A stretch of DNA of 64,000 bases from an uncultured Gemmatimonadales bacterium (GCA_963798085.1 CAWCRS010000005.1:512001-576000), one strand, 5' to 3'. Numbered from the stretch's first letter, positions 1 to 9,125 are shown. Program-made: numbers and translations. The notes: generated by a model not told the origin, from the letters alone.

Positions 1-1
1 T

Positions 2-919
2 CTTGTAGCTCTTGCGCGTGGAGTCGTAGCCGGCGAACGCGATGGTGCGCCCATCGGGCGACACGACGGGGGCGGTCCAGGCGCCCGGACGCGTGGTCAG
101 TCTGCGAATGGCGCCCGTCTCCACGTTCACGATGTGAATGGCCGAATTGCGATAGTTATAGTCCGCATCGGCCCCCAGATCGCCGTCGAACACAATGCTC
201 TTGCCATCGGGTGTCCAGTCATAGCCCACGCCGCCCGGCAGTCCGTCGAAGCGCGCACCCACGCTGAAATCGCCGTGCGTGATCTGGCGCGCCGTGCCGC
301 CTTCCGCCGGCACCATGAAGAGGTGCGTGCGTACCAGCTTCATGTAACCCACGCGGTCCTCGCGGTAGTGCAGTTCCGTCACGTGCCGCGGCGGGCCCGT
401 CCACTTCGCGCCCGAAGGTGGCGACGGCATGCTGATGTTCCAGGGATTCTCGTAGGGCACGCTCATGCTGAAGGACAGCCATTTGCCATCGGGTGACCAG
501 GCCAGGTCGCCGGGCGCTTCCGTGAGGTGCGTGACCTGCGACACTGCGCCTTCCGCGTCCATCCAGCGCACGAAGATCTGCGCCTTGCCATCGGCTTCAC
601 CAATGTAGCCAATGCGTGTTCCGTCCGGTGACCAGCGCGGGCTGCCGCCGTCCACCAGGTAGCGCTGCCGCGAGCCGTCCGCATCCATGATCCAGAGCGC
701 GGTCTGCCAGCGATCCTCCATCTTGTTGACGAAGCGCCGCGCATACACGATGCGCGTGCCATCGGGCGAGATCTGCGGGTCACCCACCTGCTCCCAGTCC
801 AGGTAGTGCTGCACCGTGAGCAGCGTGTCGGACGGGATCTCCTGCGCCCGTGCACTGCTCGGCGCGCCTCCAGTGAACGTGAACGAAAGTGCAATGAATC
901 CGGCAGTCAGCTTCTTCAT
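2..919 (-). CDS. S9 family peptidase (acylaminoacyl/dipeptidyl peptidase), N-terminal beta-propeller part; runs off window start
   Basis: Not in ORF track; manual translation MKKLTAGFIALSF...QEIPSDTLLTVQHYLDWEQVGDPQISPDGTRIVY, with a signal peptide and repeated W/xSPDG PD40-type motifs. Confidence 0.85.
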   Translation of the reverse strand, partial: MKKLTAGFIALSFTFTGGAPSSARAQEIPSDTLLTVQHYLDWEQVGDPQISPDGTRIVYARRFVNKMEDRWQTALWIMDADGSRQRYLVDGGSPRWSPDGTRIGYIGEADGKAQIFVRWMDAEGAVSQVTHLTEAPGDLAWSPDGKWLSFSMSVPYENPWNISMPSPPSGAKWTGPPRHVTELHYREDRVGYMKLVRTHLFMVPAEGGTARQITHGDFSVGARFDGLPGGVGYDWTPDGKSIVFDGDLGADADYNYRNSAIHIVNVETGAIRRLTTRPGAWTAPVVSPDGRTIAFAGYDSTRKSYK

Positions 920-977
920 GATGTCCGCCTGTTGCTCGAAGGACATGGAGAATCGCAAGCGCTCCGGGTGTCGCTGT

Positions 978-3161
978 TCAGTTGCCCGGGTGATACTCGC
1001 GCTCGGTGTGCCCCTTCAGCTGCGAAGCGTAGAAATACACGGTGCGCAGATTGCCGCTGGCGTAGCGCTGCGCTTCATCGTTGAAGTGCGGCGAATCCGT
1101 GTGGCCGCTCTCGCCGCCCGCGGTGACAGCCCGCGCACGGATGCTGTCGCCGAATTCGATGACGGCGACGAAGCTGTTGCCGCTCGTGCCGTACCACTTC
1201 TTCGTGTTCGGGTATTGCCGCGCGCCGAACGATGCGAGCGAGCCCCACTGTGAGGAAGTGAAGGGCACGGGAATGCTCGCGCCCGCGTCATCGAAGTTCG
1301 ACGCAATGTCATCGTTGAGGCGCTGGAAGCGGTTGATCTCGCCCCACGCCGTCTTCCAGGTACCGAAATCGGCGGTGAGCTTGTCCGATGCCGCGGCCAG
1401 CGACTGCAGCAGCTCGTCCGCCGGTGCCTTGTGCGTGACATAGTCCTCGACAGACATGCCTGCCTGGCGGGCACCGCCACGCACCCGTCGCATGAGGTCC
1501 GTGCCCCAGTACACAGCCAGCGAAGTGGGCACAGAGGAAGCCGACCAGCGCAGATCCCAGGTGCGCAGCATCCCGATCTGCCCGGACAGTTTCGCGTGCA
1601 GCGGATTCGTTGCCGGCGTCTGGTCGAATGCCTTGAGCAGCGGCGGCACCAGCACGGCGAACTCGGTGAGGTAGCTGTCGAACGCGGCTGTCAGCAGGCC
1701 ATCCAGCGTGAAATCCTTGCGGTCCTTGAGCACGCGCACCGCGTGAATGCCGCGCGCGTTCTCGCTTCCCGTCTCGACGTACGCGGGAAAGTCCTTCTGT
1801 TTCGGGCTGTACGGACCCGCCGCGTTCCACGGCGAGTCGTTGGTATTGAACAGCCAGCCACTCTGCGGATTGTGCAGCATCGGGCTCTGGTCGACGGACA
1901 GGACGTCGTGCCAGTCCGTGGCCGGATTGCTGCCATCCACCGGCTTCGTCCAGTCGAAGGACGGGTCGCGCTGCGGAATGAAGTTGGCGTGGAAGTACGC
2001 GATCGTACCGTCGGCATCCGCATAGATCGTGTTATTGGAGGAATTCGTGTGCAGCTCCATGGACTTGCGGAAATCGGCGTAATTCTGCGACCTCGTGCGC
2101 GAGTACGACTGTGTCAGCGCCTTGAGCGGCTCGTTCATCAGGCGAGTGGCCACCCACTTGCCATCCAACTTGCGTACGACCGGTCCGTGCTGCGTGTAGT
2201 AGACCGTGAACGTCTTCTCGGCCATGCCGCTGCCCGACTTGTAGGGCACCTTGATGGTAGCGCTGGTGACCGGCAGGTCGCGGTTTCCATAGCGGTAGTA
2301 GAAGCGGTCGCCCTTCCTGGTGACGCTCTCCAGGTACTCGTCGATGGCGTCGACGTTGCTCGACGTGTGCATCCAGCCGACGCGCCGGTTGAAGCCCTGA
2401 TAGACGAAGAACTGGCCCCAGGTGACAGCGCCGTAGGCATCGAGCCCCTCGTCGCTCGACATCTGCAGTTCCGAGCGGAAGAAGAACGACGTGTGCGGAT
2501 TGATGAGCAGCAGCGCGTGGTGGTTCACGGTGTTCGAAGGCGCTATGGCGATCCCGTTGGAGCCCGTCGGCTCGCGCAACACGTCATCGTCAGCACCGCC
2601 GTTGCGTGGGGCCGAGACGTCGGTTCCGCCGCCGCCGTAGAAAGCCTGCAGCTGGCGCAGGTCCACACGCTCCATGTCGCCGCCAATGCTGCCCTCGCTG
2701 AAGGTCAGCGCCATCCACGGCTCGAAGTGTTTGATGACGCGCGGCTTCACATCGGGATGCCTGTACAGGTAGAAGTTCAGACCATCCGCCCACGCATCCA
2801 TCAGCGACTTGAGCCACGCCGGGCTGCTCGCGTACAGTGCCTTCATGGTGTCGGGATTGATGAACAGCTTCATGCGCAGGTCGCGCCAGATCTCGCCCTC
2901 GCCTTCCGCCTCCGCCAGCCGGCCCATGGCGTTGAGGAAATTCGTTTCCACGCGGTTGAAGTCGTCCTCCGCCTGCGCGTAGATCATGCCGAAGACCGCA
3001 TCGGCATCGGTCTTCCCGTGAACGTGGGCAATGCCCCAGTCGTCGCGCGTGATGCTGACGGCCTGCGCCTCTCTTTCCCAGCGCGCCGCGTCCTGTGCCT
3101 GGAGCGGGTGTGCGCCGAGCACTGCGCACGCCGTCACGATGCCGAGAACGATTGTCTTCAT
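978..3161 (-). CDS. Penicillin acylase family (S45 Ntn-hydrolase)
   Basis: ITRDDWGIAHVHG, GSNG nucleophile site, LLINPH, HGPV motifs; signal peptide. Confidence 0.93.
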   Translation of the reverse strand: MKTIVLGIVTACAVLGAHPLQAQDAARWEREAQAVSITRDDWGIAHVHGKTDADAVFGMIYAQAEDDFNRVETNFLNAMGRLAEAEGEGEIWRDLRMKLFINPDTMKALYASSPAWLKSLMDAWADGLNFYLYRHPDVKPRVIKHFEPWMALTFSEGSIGGDMERVDLRQLQAFYGGGGTDVSAPRNGGADDDVLREPTGSNGIAIAPSNTVNHHALLLINPHTSFFFRSELQMSSDEGLDAYGAVTWGQFFVYQGFNRRVGWMHTSSNVDAIDEYLESVTRKGDRFYYRYGNRDLPVTSATIKVPYKSGSGMAEKTFTVYYTQHGPVVRKLDGKWVATRLMNEPLKALTQSYSRTRSQNYADFRKSMELHTNSSNNTIYADADGTIAYFHANFIPQRDPSFDWTKPVDGSNPATDWHDVLSVDQSPMLHNPQSGWLFNTNDSPWNAAGPYSPKQKDFPAYVETGSENARGIHAVRVLKDRKDFTLDGLLTAAFDSYLTEFAVLVPPLLKAFDQTPATNPLHAKLSGQIGMLRTWDLRWSASSVPTSLAVYWGTDLMRRVRGGARQAGMSVEDYVTHKAPADELLQSLAAASDKLTADFGTWKTAWGEINRFQRLNDDIASNFDDAGASIPVPFTSSQWGSLASFGARQYPNTKKWYGTSGNSFVAVIEFGDSIRARAVTAGGESGHTDSPHFNDEAQRYASGNLRTVYFYASQLKGHTEREYHPGN

Positions 3162-3236
3162 GGTTCTCTCTGCCGGGTGAGCGGAAGCGATCCGGGCGAT
3201 GGGTCGCCGAATTCCTGCGGTGTTGTGCCGCTGAAG

Positions 3237-3264
3237 AGCTGACGGTCGGATTCGAACCGACGAC
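3237..3264 (-). repeat. 28-bp copy of the tRNA-Thr 3' end (att-like direct repeat)
   Basis: AGCTGACGGTCGGATTCGAACCGACGAC is identical to 10984..11011. Confidence 0.95.
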
Positions 3265-3566
3265 TCGCCGTCTCCAAGCCCGTCAAGGTACGCGTGGAGA
3301 CAGGCACGCGCAATCCGTTGTCATCAAGCTAACTGCGCGACATGCAGCGGGTTGCGACCAGCTGGCCCGGGCCGAGCCCGCGCCCGATCGAGCTGTGGGG
3401 TCGCGCCGATCCGGCGACATGCGCCTGTCGTTCAACCAGCTCACCGCCTCTTGCGCCAAAATCGCGCGACACCCTATCCTACCGGTCCGGCAATCGCATC
3501 GCGGGCACCGTGCTTGTGCATGCCCCGAGTCAATCGTGACCCTGCGCGGGTTTCAGACCTGGCGCA

Positions 3567-3606
3567 AGGTCCGATGGGAGGTACCTGGGTAGGTCCCCAT
3601 GGAGGA
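3567..3606. promoter_or_regulatory. Tandem 16-bp imperfect palindromes upstream of the LuxR gene (possible autoregulatory sites)
   Basis: AGGTCC-GATG-GGAGGT (3567) and AGGTCC-CCAT-GGAGGA (3591), 24 bp apart. Confidence 0.4.
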
Positions 3607-3766
3607 GGAAATGCGTGTGTGTACCTGCAGCGTGCGTGTGCCTGCATCGTGTGTGTATGTGTGTGACGTTGACTGCTGTTCGGTTCTTCCCATTACCCCC
3701 CCCCAATCATCTTGCTTTGCGGCTCGGCCAGTCCGCGTGCTTTCGATCTGATCGAGGGGTCCAGGT

Positions 3767-4486
3767 ATGCGTCGAAATACGTCTGGCAGGAACAACAGCG
3801 CTCCGGTGGTCGCGCCTGCCACGCCGATCGCGCTTGTGCTCATTGACGACAACCGGCTGCTGCGTGAAGGAATCGTGGCGATGGTCCACACGCAGCCGGA
3901 TTTCAAGGTATTGGCCGCCTCCGCCGATGTGGACGAAGCCATACAGAAGGTCAGGGAAGCGAAGCCCGACGTCGTCCTTCTGGATTTCGGGCTCGATGAC
4001 CACGACAGCCTGAGCCTGACGGCGACGGTTCACACCGAGGTTCCTACCGCCCGGGTGATCGTCATGGGCCTGCTGCCGATTCAGGAGGAGGTCGCCGACT
4101 ACGTGCGGGCTGGAGCGTCCGGCTTCATCATGAAGGACGCGACCTTCGAGGAATTCTTCTCTACAATTCGCACGGTCGCGCGCGGTGGCGAGGTTCTGCC
4201 CAGCGAGCTGACCAACTCTCTGTTCGCGCAGATCGCTCGGAACGAGGCCGGAGGCGACAGGTCCCGCGTGCTGGAGGCGGTGCGTCTGACCAACCGGGAG
4301 CGGCAGGTGGTAGCCCTTCTCGGAGAGGGCCTCAGCAACAAGGAAATTGCGAACCGCATGCACGTTGCCGTTCACACTGTCAAGAGTCACGTGCACAACG
4401 TCCTGGAAAAGTTGTCGCTGCGCAGTCGCCTCGAGGTGGCGGCCTTCACCCACGCTTCCCAGCGAGGGGACGGCAGCCGCGATTAG
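3767..4486 (+). CDS. NarL/LuxR family response regulator (REC + HTH_LuxR), orphan
   Basis: LIDDN, PDVVLLD, GASGFIMKD; LTNRERQVV..GLSNKEIA..TVKSHVHNVLEKL. Confidence 0.95.
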   Translation: MRRNTSGRNNSAPVVAPATPIALVLIDDNRLLREGIVAMVHTQPDFKVLAASADVDEAIQKVREAKPDVVLLDFGLDDHDSLSLTATVHTEVPTARVIVMGLLPIQEEVADYVRAGASGFIMKDATFEEFFSTIRTVARGGEVLPSELTNSLFAQIARNEAGGDRSRVLEAVRLTNRERQVVALLGEGLSNKEIANRMHVAVHTVKSHVHNVLEKLSLRSRLEVAAFTHASQRGDGSRD

Positions 4487-4569
4487 CGGCTCGAATGGCT
4501 CCTGCGCGGGGCGCCGGCCAATCAGCGGTGGGCACGCCCCGGCGACGCAGTCCTTCCCCATGGCCCCCC

Positions 4570-4614
4570 GCCTGATCCCCGGGACTAGCTCCAAATCTGC
4601 TCGTTTGATCAATG
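4570..4614 (+). promoter_or_regulatory. Island bipartite motif, copy 1
   Basis: CTGATCCCCGGGACTA...CGTTTGATCAAT, ungapped spacing equal to the other copies; upstream of the 4688 gene. Confidence 0.55.
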
Positions 4615-4687
4615 GGCTCAGCGCGCTGGCGGCAATAGCATTCATGCGTGGCGTCATCACGCTGCCAACCTCATGCAAGGAGCGTCC

Positions 4688-4924
4688 GTGCGTTCGCTTA
4701 TCGTCGCGGGGATCGTAATTGTCGTTATCGGCGTCCTGATGCTCATCCCGGGAGGAAGTTTCATCACGCGACGCAATGTGCTCAAGGTGGGCGAGATCAG
4801 GGTCACAGCCGATGAGCAGCGATCGATCCCGCCGTGGGCGGGAGGCGTGGTCATGCTGGTGGGAGTCGCGCTGATCGTGACGGGTGCGAGGCGGGTCATG
4901 AAAGAACGGCCAGCGGGGTCCTGA
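4688..4924 (+). CDS. Small two-TM membrane protein (DUF3185-like)
   Basis: AAGGAG RBS before GTG; two hydrophobic helices flanking VLKVGEIRVTADEQRSIPPWAGG. Confidence 0.75.
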   Translation: MRSLIVAGIVIVVIGVLMLIPGGSFITRRNVLKVGEIRVTADEQRSIPPWAGGVVMLVGVALIVTGARRVMKERPAGS

Positions 4925-4940
4925 GAATGAGGTTCTGGAG

Positions 4941-5531
4941 ATGAAAAACGAAATGGTGGTGGACGGTCGGCCGATGAGCCGGGGCTTCTTCCGGGGCTCG
5001 GTCTTCCTGCACCCGGAGCTGTGTTTCCAGTACCAGTTCCCGGACGGATGGAACACCTGGAACGGAGGCGATGCAGTAGTCGGACTGAATTCAGAGCAGG
5101 ATGCGATCATCAAGCTTGCCGTCACCCCGGCTGCACCGCCCGCTGCTGTACAGGCGTTCTTTGGTCAGCCCGGGATCGAGGCAGTGAACACCGCTGCCGA
5201 CAAGATCAATGGCTTGCCCGCGACGATCGGCGAGTTCGTAGCCGAAACCGGGCAGGGGACGGTACGCGGCATCGCGACCTTCATCGAATGCGGCGACGCC
5301 ACCTATCAGGTTACGGCAACTGCGCTCAGTGAAGAGTTCGCCAGATACAACTCCCTGCTTCGGAGGAGCATCGCCACCTTCGAGCCGCTGACCGATCACG
5401 CCACCCTCACCACACCCGTTCGGCGCGCCGGGACCAGGCCAAGGCGCGCAACTTCGCAGTCGAATAGTCCGTTCGAGCCCGGCCCTGATCCCATCGCAGG
5501 ATCGATTCCATGGCGAAGGCGTCGCCGATAG
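4941..5531 (+). CDS. Stand-alone C-terminal domain of an M48 metalloprotease (possibly a gene remnant)
   Basis: GFFRGSVFLHPELCFQYQFPDGW aligns with GYFLGGRFIQPTLKLEITFPAGW of 39215..40672; no HEXXH and no signal peptide. Confidence 0.65.
   Translation: MKNEMVVDGRPMSRGFFRGSVFLHPELCFQYQFPDGWNTWNGGDAVVGLNSEQDAIIKLAVTPAAPPAAVQAFFGQPGIEAVNTAADKINGLPATIGEFVAETGQGTVRGIATFIECGDATYQVTATALSEEFARYNSLLRRSIATFEPLTDHATLTTPVRRAGTRPRRATSQSNSPFEPGPDPIAGSIPWRRRRR
5463..5507 (+). promoter_or_regulatory. Island bipartite motif, copy 2
   Basis: TAGTCCGTTCGAGCCC...GATCCCATCGCAGGATCGATT; 32/45 identical to 10699..10743 without gaps. Confidence 0.65.
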
Positions 5532-5629
5532 ACTTTGAACAAGGACTTCGTCTGGCCGTTCCCGGCCAGTGTGGTGATAGAACGGGCCGGGGCGCTTGTC
5601 GCCCCGGTTCGACCCCAACGGAGGTTCAC

Positions 5630-6121
5630 ATGTCGACTCAGAAGTTGTTCGCCGTCGCGCTTTCCATTGTCACGGCCGCTGGCTGTAACCCTTTCCACCA
5701 TAGTCAGGCGGTCGAGATGACCACGGTGGATGCAACACTCAACAGCCGCTGGCACGCGAATCTTGCCTCCCCAGCTACCCTCGCCGGGGTGGTGCAGATG
5801 AACGGCTCATCATCGATGGCCCCGGATCCGATCGGCGCCAGCACTGTCATTACCATCAACGTGGCCAACGCGTCGCCCGGTGGCGTCCATCCATGGGAAG
5901 TTCGTTCGGGCCAGTGCGGGTCTGGAATGGACTACGGCGTGTTTGGATCGAATGAGGCGTACACACCGCTCGAAGTGGAGTCCGACGGACACGCGGAAGG
6001 GACGGCCCGGGTTCCGCTGCGAACGCCAACGACCGGCAGCTACTTCGTCGTCGTGCATGCGTCGGCGGCGAACCCGGAACTGGTCGTCGCATGCGGCAAT
6101 CTCGCGCCGCCGACCCGCTGA
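5630..6121 (+). CDS. Lipoprotein, Cu/Zn-SOD-like fold (degenerate metal ligands)
   Basis: GGAGG RBS; lipobox TAAGC; HPWEVRSGQC and YFVVVHAS..VVACGNL motifs. Confidence 0.7.
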   Translation: MSTQKLFAVALSIVTAAGCNPFHHSQAVEMTTVDATLNSRWHANLASPATLAGVVQMNGSSSMAPDPIGASTVITINVANASPGGVHPWEVRSGQCGSGMDYGVFGSNEAYTPLEVESDGHAEGTARVPLRTPTTGSYFVVVHASAANPELVVACGNLAPPTR

Positions 6122-6264
6122 CGCCCTTTCGACAAGCGGAGCCCGCTCGCTTCCCGGCTCACGGAAATTGCTACGCGTGCCGGGATGCGGCGGGCGGAGT
6201 CATGCGGATCAAGCTTACTGTCAGGATTACTGTTTGAAGGTCACTTGCCGGAAAGGATCCCATC

Positions 6265-6417
6265 ATGTTTATCGCGTTGGCCGTTGTTCTCGTGTTAGCC
6301 TGGCTCCTCGGATTCAGCGTTTTCCATTTGGCCGGAAGCATGATTCATCTCCTGCTGCTGGTCGCCGTGGTCGCCGTCGTGTGGCACTTCATTGGCGGCC
6401 GCAGGTCTGCCGTATGA
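6265..6417 (+). CDS. lmo0937/DUF5670-like 50-aa membrane protein
   Basis: Below ORF-track cutoff; AAGGA RBS; MFIALAVVLVLAWLLGFSVFHLAGSMIHLLLLVAVVAVVWHFIGGRRSAV. Confidence 0.85.
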   Translation: MFIALAVVLVLAWLLGFSVFHLAGSMIHLLLLVAVVAVVWHFIGGRRSAV

Positions 6418-6522
6418 AGTCGCGGCCGCGGTCGCGTTGACGTCCGGTGCGGGCCGGGACGGCGCCATCGCGGCCGGGAATGCGGAAGTATGGGATCCGG
6501 ATTGGTGCTCCCCGGCTCTGGC

Positions 6523-6567
6523 GGTAGTCCTTCCGAGTTAATCCCAATTCAACCCGTTTGATCGATT
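6523..6567 (+). promoter_or_regulatory. Island bipartite motif, copy 3
   Basis: GGTAGTCCTTCCGAGTTA...CGTTTGATCGATT; 32/45 identical to 10699..10743 without gaps. Confidence 0.65.
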
Positions 6568-6645
6568 GGCTGTCAAGGCGCTGTCCGATAGCGTTGTTGT
6601 GCCGATTCAGGGATGGCGCTTGACTCTCTCTTACTGAGGAACCCC

Positions 6646-7023
6646 ATGTCGAAACGACTTTCACTATCGATGCTCATGGCTGTCACCGCACTGGGCGTGA
6701 CCGGTCCCCTGCATGCCCAGGTCAGGAGCGCCGTCAGCGGTGCGGAGCTGGACGCGGCTGTCGCTGCACGGCCGGCCGCGAGCGCAGAGGCAGTCCGGAA
6801 ATTCCTTGCCACCGACCAGGCACAGGAAGCGGCGAGCCGGCTGGGGGTAAGCGCCTCTGAGCTGTCGTCGCGAGTCGCCAGCCTGGACCAGGCGTCCCTG
6901 AACCAGATCGCCGAGCGAACCGATTCGCGTGACAGGATTCTGGCCGGCGGCGCGGACACGATCGTCATCGGCACTACCACAGCCATCATCATCGTCCTGC
7001 TGATCATTCTCCTGGTTCGGTAG
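6646..7023 (+). CDS. PA2779-like secreted protein with AGG motif and hydrophobic C-terminal tail
   Basis: GAGGA RBS; Sec signal ending PLHA; LGVSASELSSRVASLDQASLNQIA; ILAGG followed by ADTIVIGTTTAIIIVLLIILLVR. Confidence 0.75.
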   Translation: MSKRLSLSMLMAVTALGVTGPLHAQVRSAVSGAELDAAVAARPAASAEAVRKFLATDQAQEAASRLGVSASELSSRVASLDQASLNQIAERTDSRDRILAGGADTIVIGTTTAIIIVLLIILLVR

Positions 7024-7046
7024 AGGCGCCGCGGCGACGGGGACCG

Positions 7047-9125
7047 GTGCGCGTTGCCCGGCTGGTTGCGGCAGGACTCTGTTTCACGGCGGGACTGGGC
7101 TGTGCTCCAGGGCTGGCCCGGCGGGTGTCCTCGAGTCCACCCGTCGGCCAACCCGCCGTGCTCGACGTGCCGTACCTCCCGCAATCCGTCCTGCTTTGTG
7201 GTGGGGCAGCCATTGCGATGGTGGAAAGGTGGTGGGGGCGGCGAGGAGTCTACGCCCTGGATTTTGCCCGCCTCGTCCGTCCGGCCTCCGGTGGCATCCT
7301 CACGACGGACCTCGAGTCAGCCACGCGCGCTCGTGGCTGGGATACCCACGTGTTCCGTGGCACGCCCGAGCGGGTCCGGCAGAATCTCCACGACGGCGTG
7401 CCTGTCGTCGTCCTCATTGAAGTCGCGCACGATCGATACCACTACATTGTTGTGCTCGGCTGGAGCGATGGGCGCGTGGTATTTCACGACCCCGCTACTG
7501 GCCCGTTCACCTCCCTCGATGAGAATACCTTCCTTGCTCGCTGGGCACGGGCCGACCTGTGGGCGCTGGTGGTACGACCGGCGCCGGTCGCAGCGGTGAC
7601 CGCGAGCGCCGACAGCACGGCTCTGGTTGCGATCGACTCGACGCTGCCGTGTCCTCCATGGCTTGATCGGGCGCTCGACGCAGTGGCCGCCAACCGACTG
7701 GATGATGCCTCCAGTCTTCTCGACCAGGCAGGCCGGGCGTGCCCGAGCGAACCGCTCGTTCTGCGCGAGACCGCCGGCGTCCGGTTCAAGCAGGGACGTT
7801 ATGTGGAGGTCATCCGGCTGGTCTCCGAGTATCTTGCATTGGTTCCAGACGACGAGCTTGGCTGGCAGCTCCTCGCCACCGGCAAGTATCTCGCCGGTGA
7901 TCGGGACGGCGCGTTGCAGGCGTGGAACGTCATTGGCCGGCCCACTGTGGACCTCGTCCGGATCAATGGCGTGCGCGCAATCCGTTTCACGGACATCGCC
8001 GGGGCGATGTCCGCGCCACCCGGATCGCTGCTCACCCCGGCCCGGCTGGCGCTCGCTCGACGCCGGGTCTCCGATGTCCCGGCCCTCCGCCGAGCGTCCG
8101 TCGACTATCAGCCGGTTCCGGGCGGGATCGTCGAGGTCCGGGCGGTCGTCCGGGAACGGCCTACCCTGGACGGCGCCTGGCGCCTGGCTGCGACCGGAGC
8201 GATCCGCGCGTTCGCCCAGAGCGAGGTGGGCCTCGAGCTGGCCAGTCCCACGGGCGCAGGCGAGCTGTGGTCCGCCAACTGGCGCTGGAAACGCGCCCGG
8301 CCTCGCGCTTCCTTGCGACTCGACATGCCGGTGCACCCCTCGCTGCTGGGGGTGATCACCATCGAGGGCGCATGGGAGCGATTTCGTTTCGCACTCCATG
8401 ATGCGCAGGCACCGGTCGTTGAGGAGGCCCGATTTGCAACGGTCGGTTTGAGCAGCTGGGTCACCGCCAACCTGCGTCCGTCTGCAGCTCTCCGGCTCGA
8501 ACGCTGGACCGGAAACCTGAACTACCTGGCAGTGTCGCTCGGCGCCGAGCTGCGCGCTCGTGGCGACCGACTCGTCATGACCGCGAGGAGCGAGCGTGCG
8601 GTGGCACTCTCGGCTCACCCGTCGTACTCCAGCGGGAGTGCGGGCGTGGCCTGGGCCTCCTCGGCCGGTTTGAGCCACGCGTCACTGTCCGCACGCATGG
8701 GAATCGACTGGGTGGGCAAGTCTGCACCATTCGGAATGTGGCCGGTGGCCGGCGGCGATCTCGCCTGGTCCGCTCCGCTCCGCGCTCATGCACCAACCAG
8801 CAACGGACTTCTCACAGGCCAGAGCGTTGGTCGCAGGATCTTCCATGGCGGACTCGGCGCCGACCGCCCGCTCTATCGCACGGGGTTGCTGGTCATCGCG
8901 GGCGGGATGTTCGTGGATGCGGCCGACGTCGTCGCTTCAGCGGACGGCTCGCCCGATGCCCGGCTCTACGTCGACGGCGGCGCAGGACTCCGGATCGGCG
9001 TCGCCGACGGACAAACCGGTGTGCTTCGAATCGACCTGGCGAAGGGACTGGTAACGGATCGGCAGCTCGCGCTCACGCTCGGCGTCCACCGAAACTGGCC
9101 GCTATTTCAGCGCGACACTCGGTGA
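7047..9125 (+). CDS. Lipoprotein fusion: C39-like cysteine peptidase + TPR + POTRA + Omp85-like beta-barrel
   Basis: Lipobox-like AGLGC; LDVPYLPQSVLLCGGAA (Cys), HYIVVLG (His), FHDPA (Asp); TPR helices; POTRA-like VRINGVR..EVRAVVRERP; C-terminal DGGAGLRIG..LRIDLAKG. Confidence 0.75.
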   Translation: MRVARLVAAGLCFTAGLGCAPGLARRVSSSPPVGQPAVLDVPYLPQSVLLCGGAAIAMVERWWGRRGVYALDFARLVRPASGGILTTDLESATRARGWDTHVFRGTPERVRQNLHDGVPVVVLIEVAHDRYHYIVVLGWSDGRVVFHDPATGPFTSLDENTFLARWARADLWALVVRPAPVAAVTASADSTALVAIDSTLPCPPWLDRALDAVAANRLDDASSLLDQAGRACPSEPLVLRETAGVRFKQGRYVEVIRLVSEYLALVPDDELGWQLLATGKYLAGDRDGALQAWNVIGRPTVDLVRINGVRAIRFTDIAGAMSAPPGSLLTPARLALARRRVSDVPALRRASVDYQPVPGGIVEVRAVVRERPTLDGAWRLAATGAIRAFAQSEVGLELASPTGAGELWSANWRWKRARPRASLRLDMPVHPSLLGVITIEGAWERFRFALHDAQAPVVEEARFATVGLSSWVTANLRPSAALRLERWTGNLNYLAVSLGAELRARGDRLVMTARSERAVALSAHPSYSSGSAGVAWASSAGLSHASLSARMGIDWVGKSAPFGMWPVAGGDLAWSAPLRAHAPTSNGLLTGQSVGRRIFHGGLGADRPLYRTGLLVIAGGMFVDAADVVASADGSPDARLYVDGGAGLRIGVADGQTGVLRIDLAKGLVTDRQLALTLGVHRNWPLFQRDTR

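Noticed and set aside
3610..3705. GT-rich tract and C9 run upstream of the LuxR gene, considered as a repeat array or phase-variable tract
   Set aside because: Irregular low-complexity sequence with no fixed unit or spacers; homopolymer length is unreliable in this assembly
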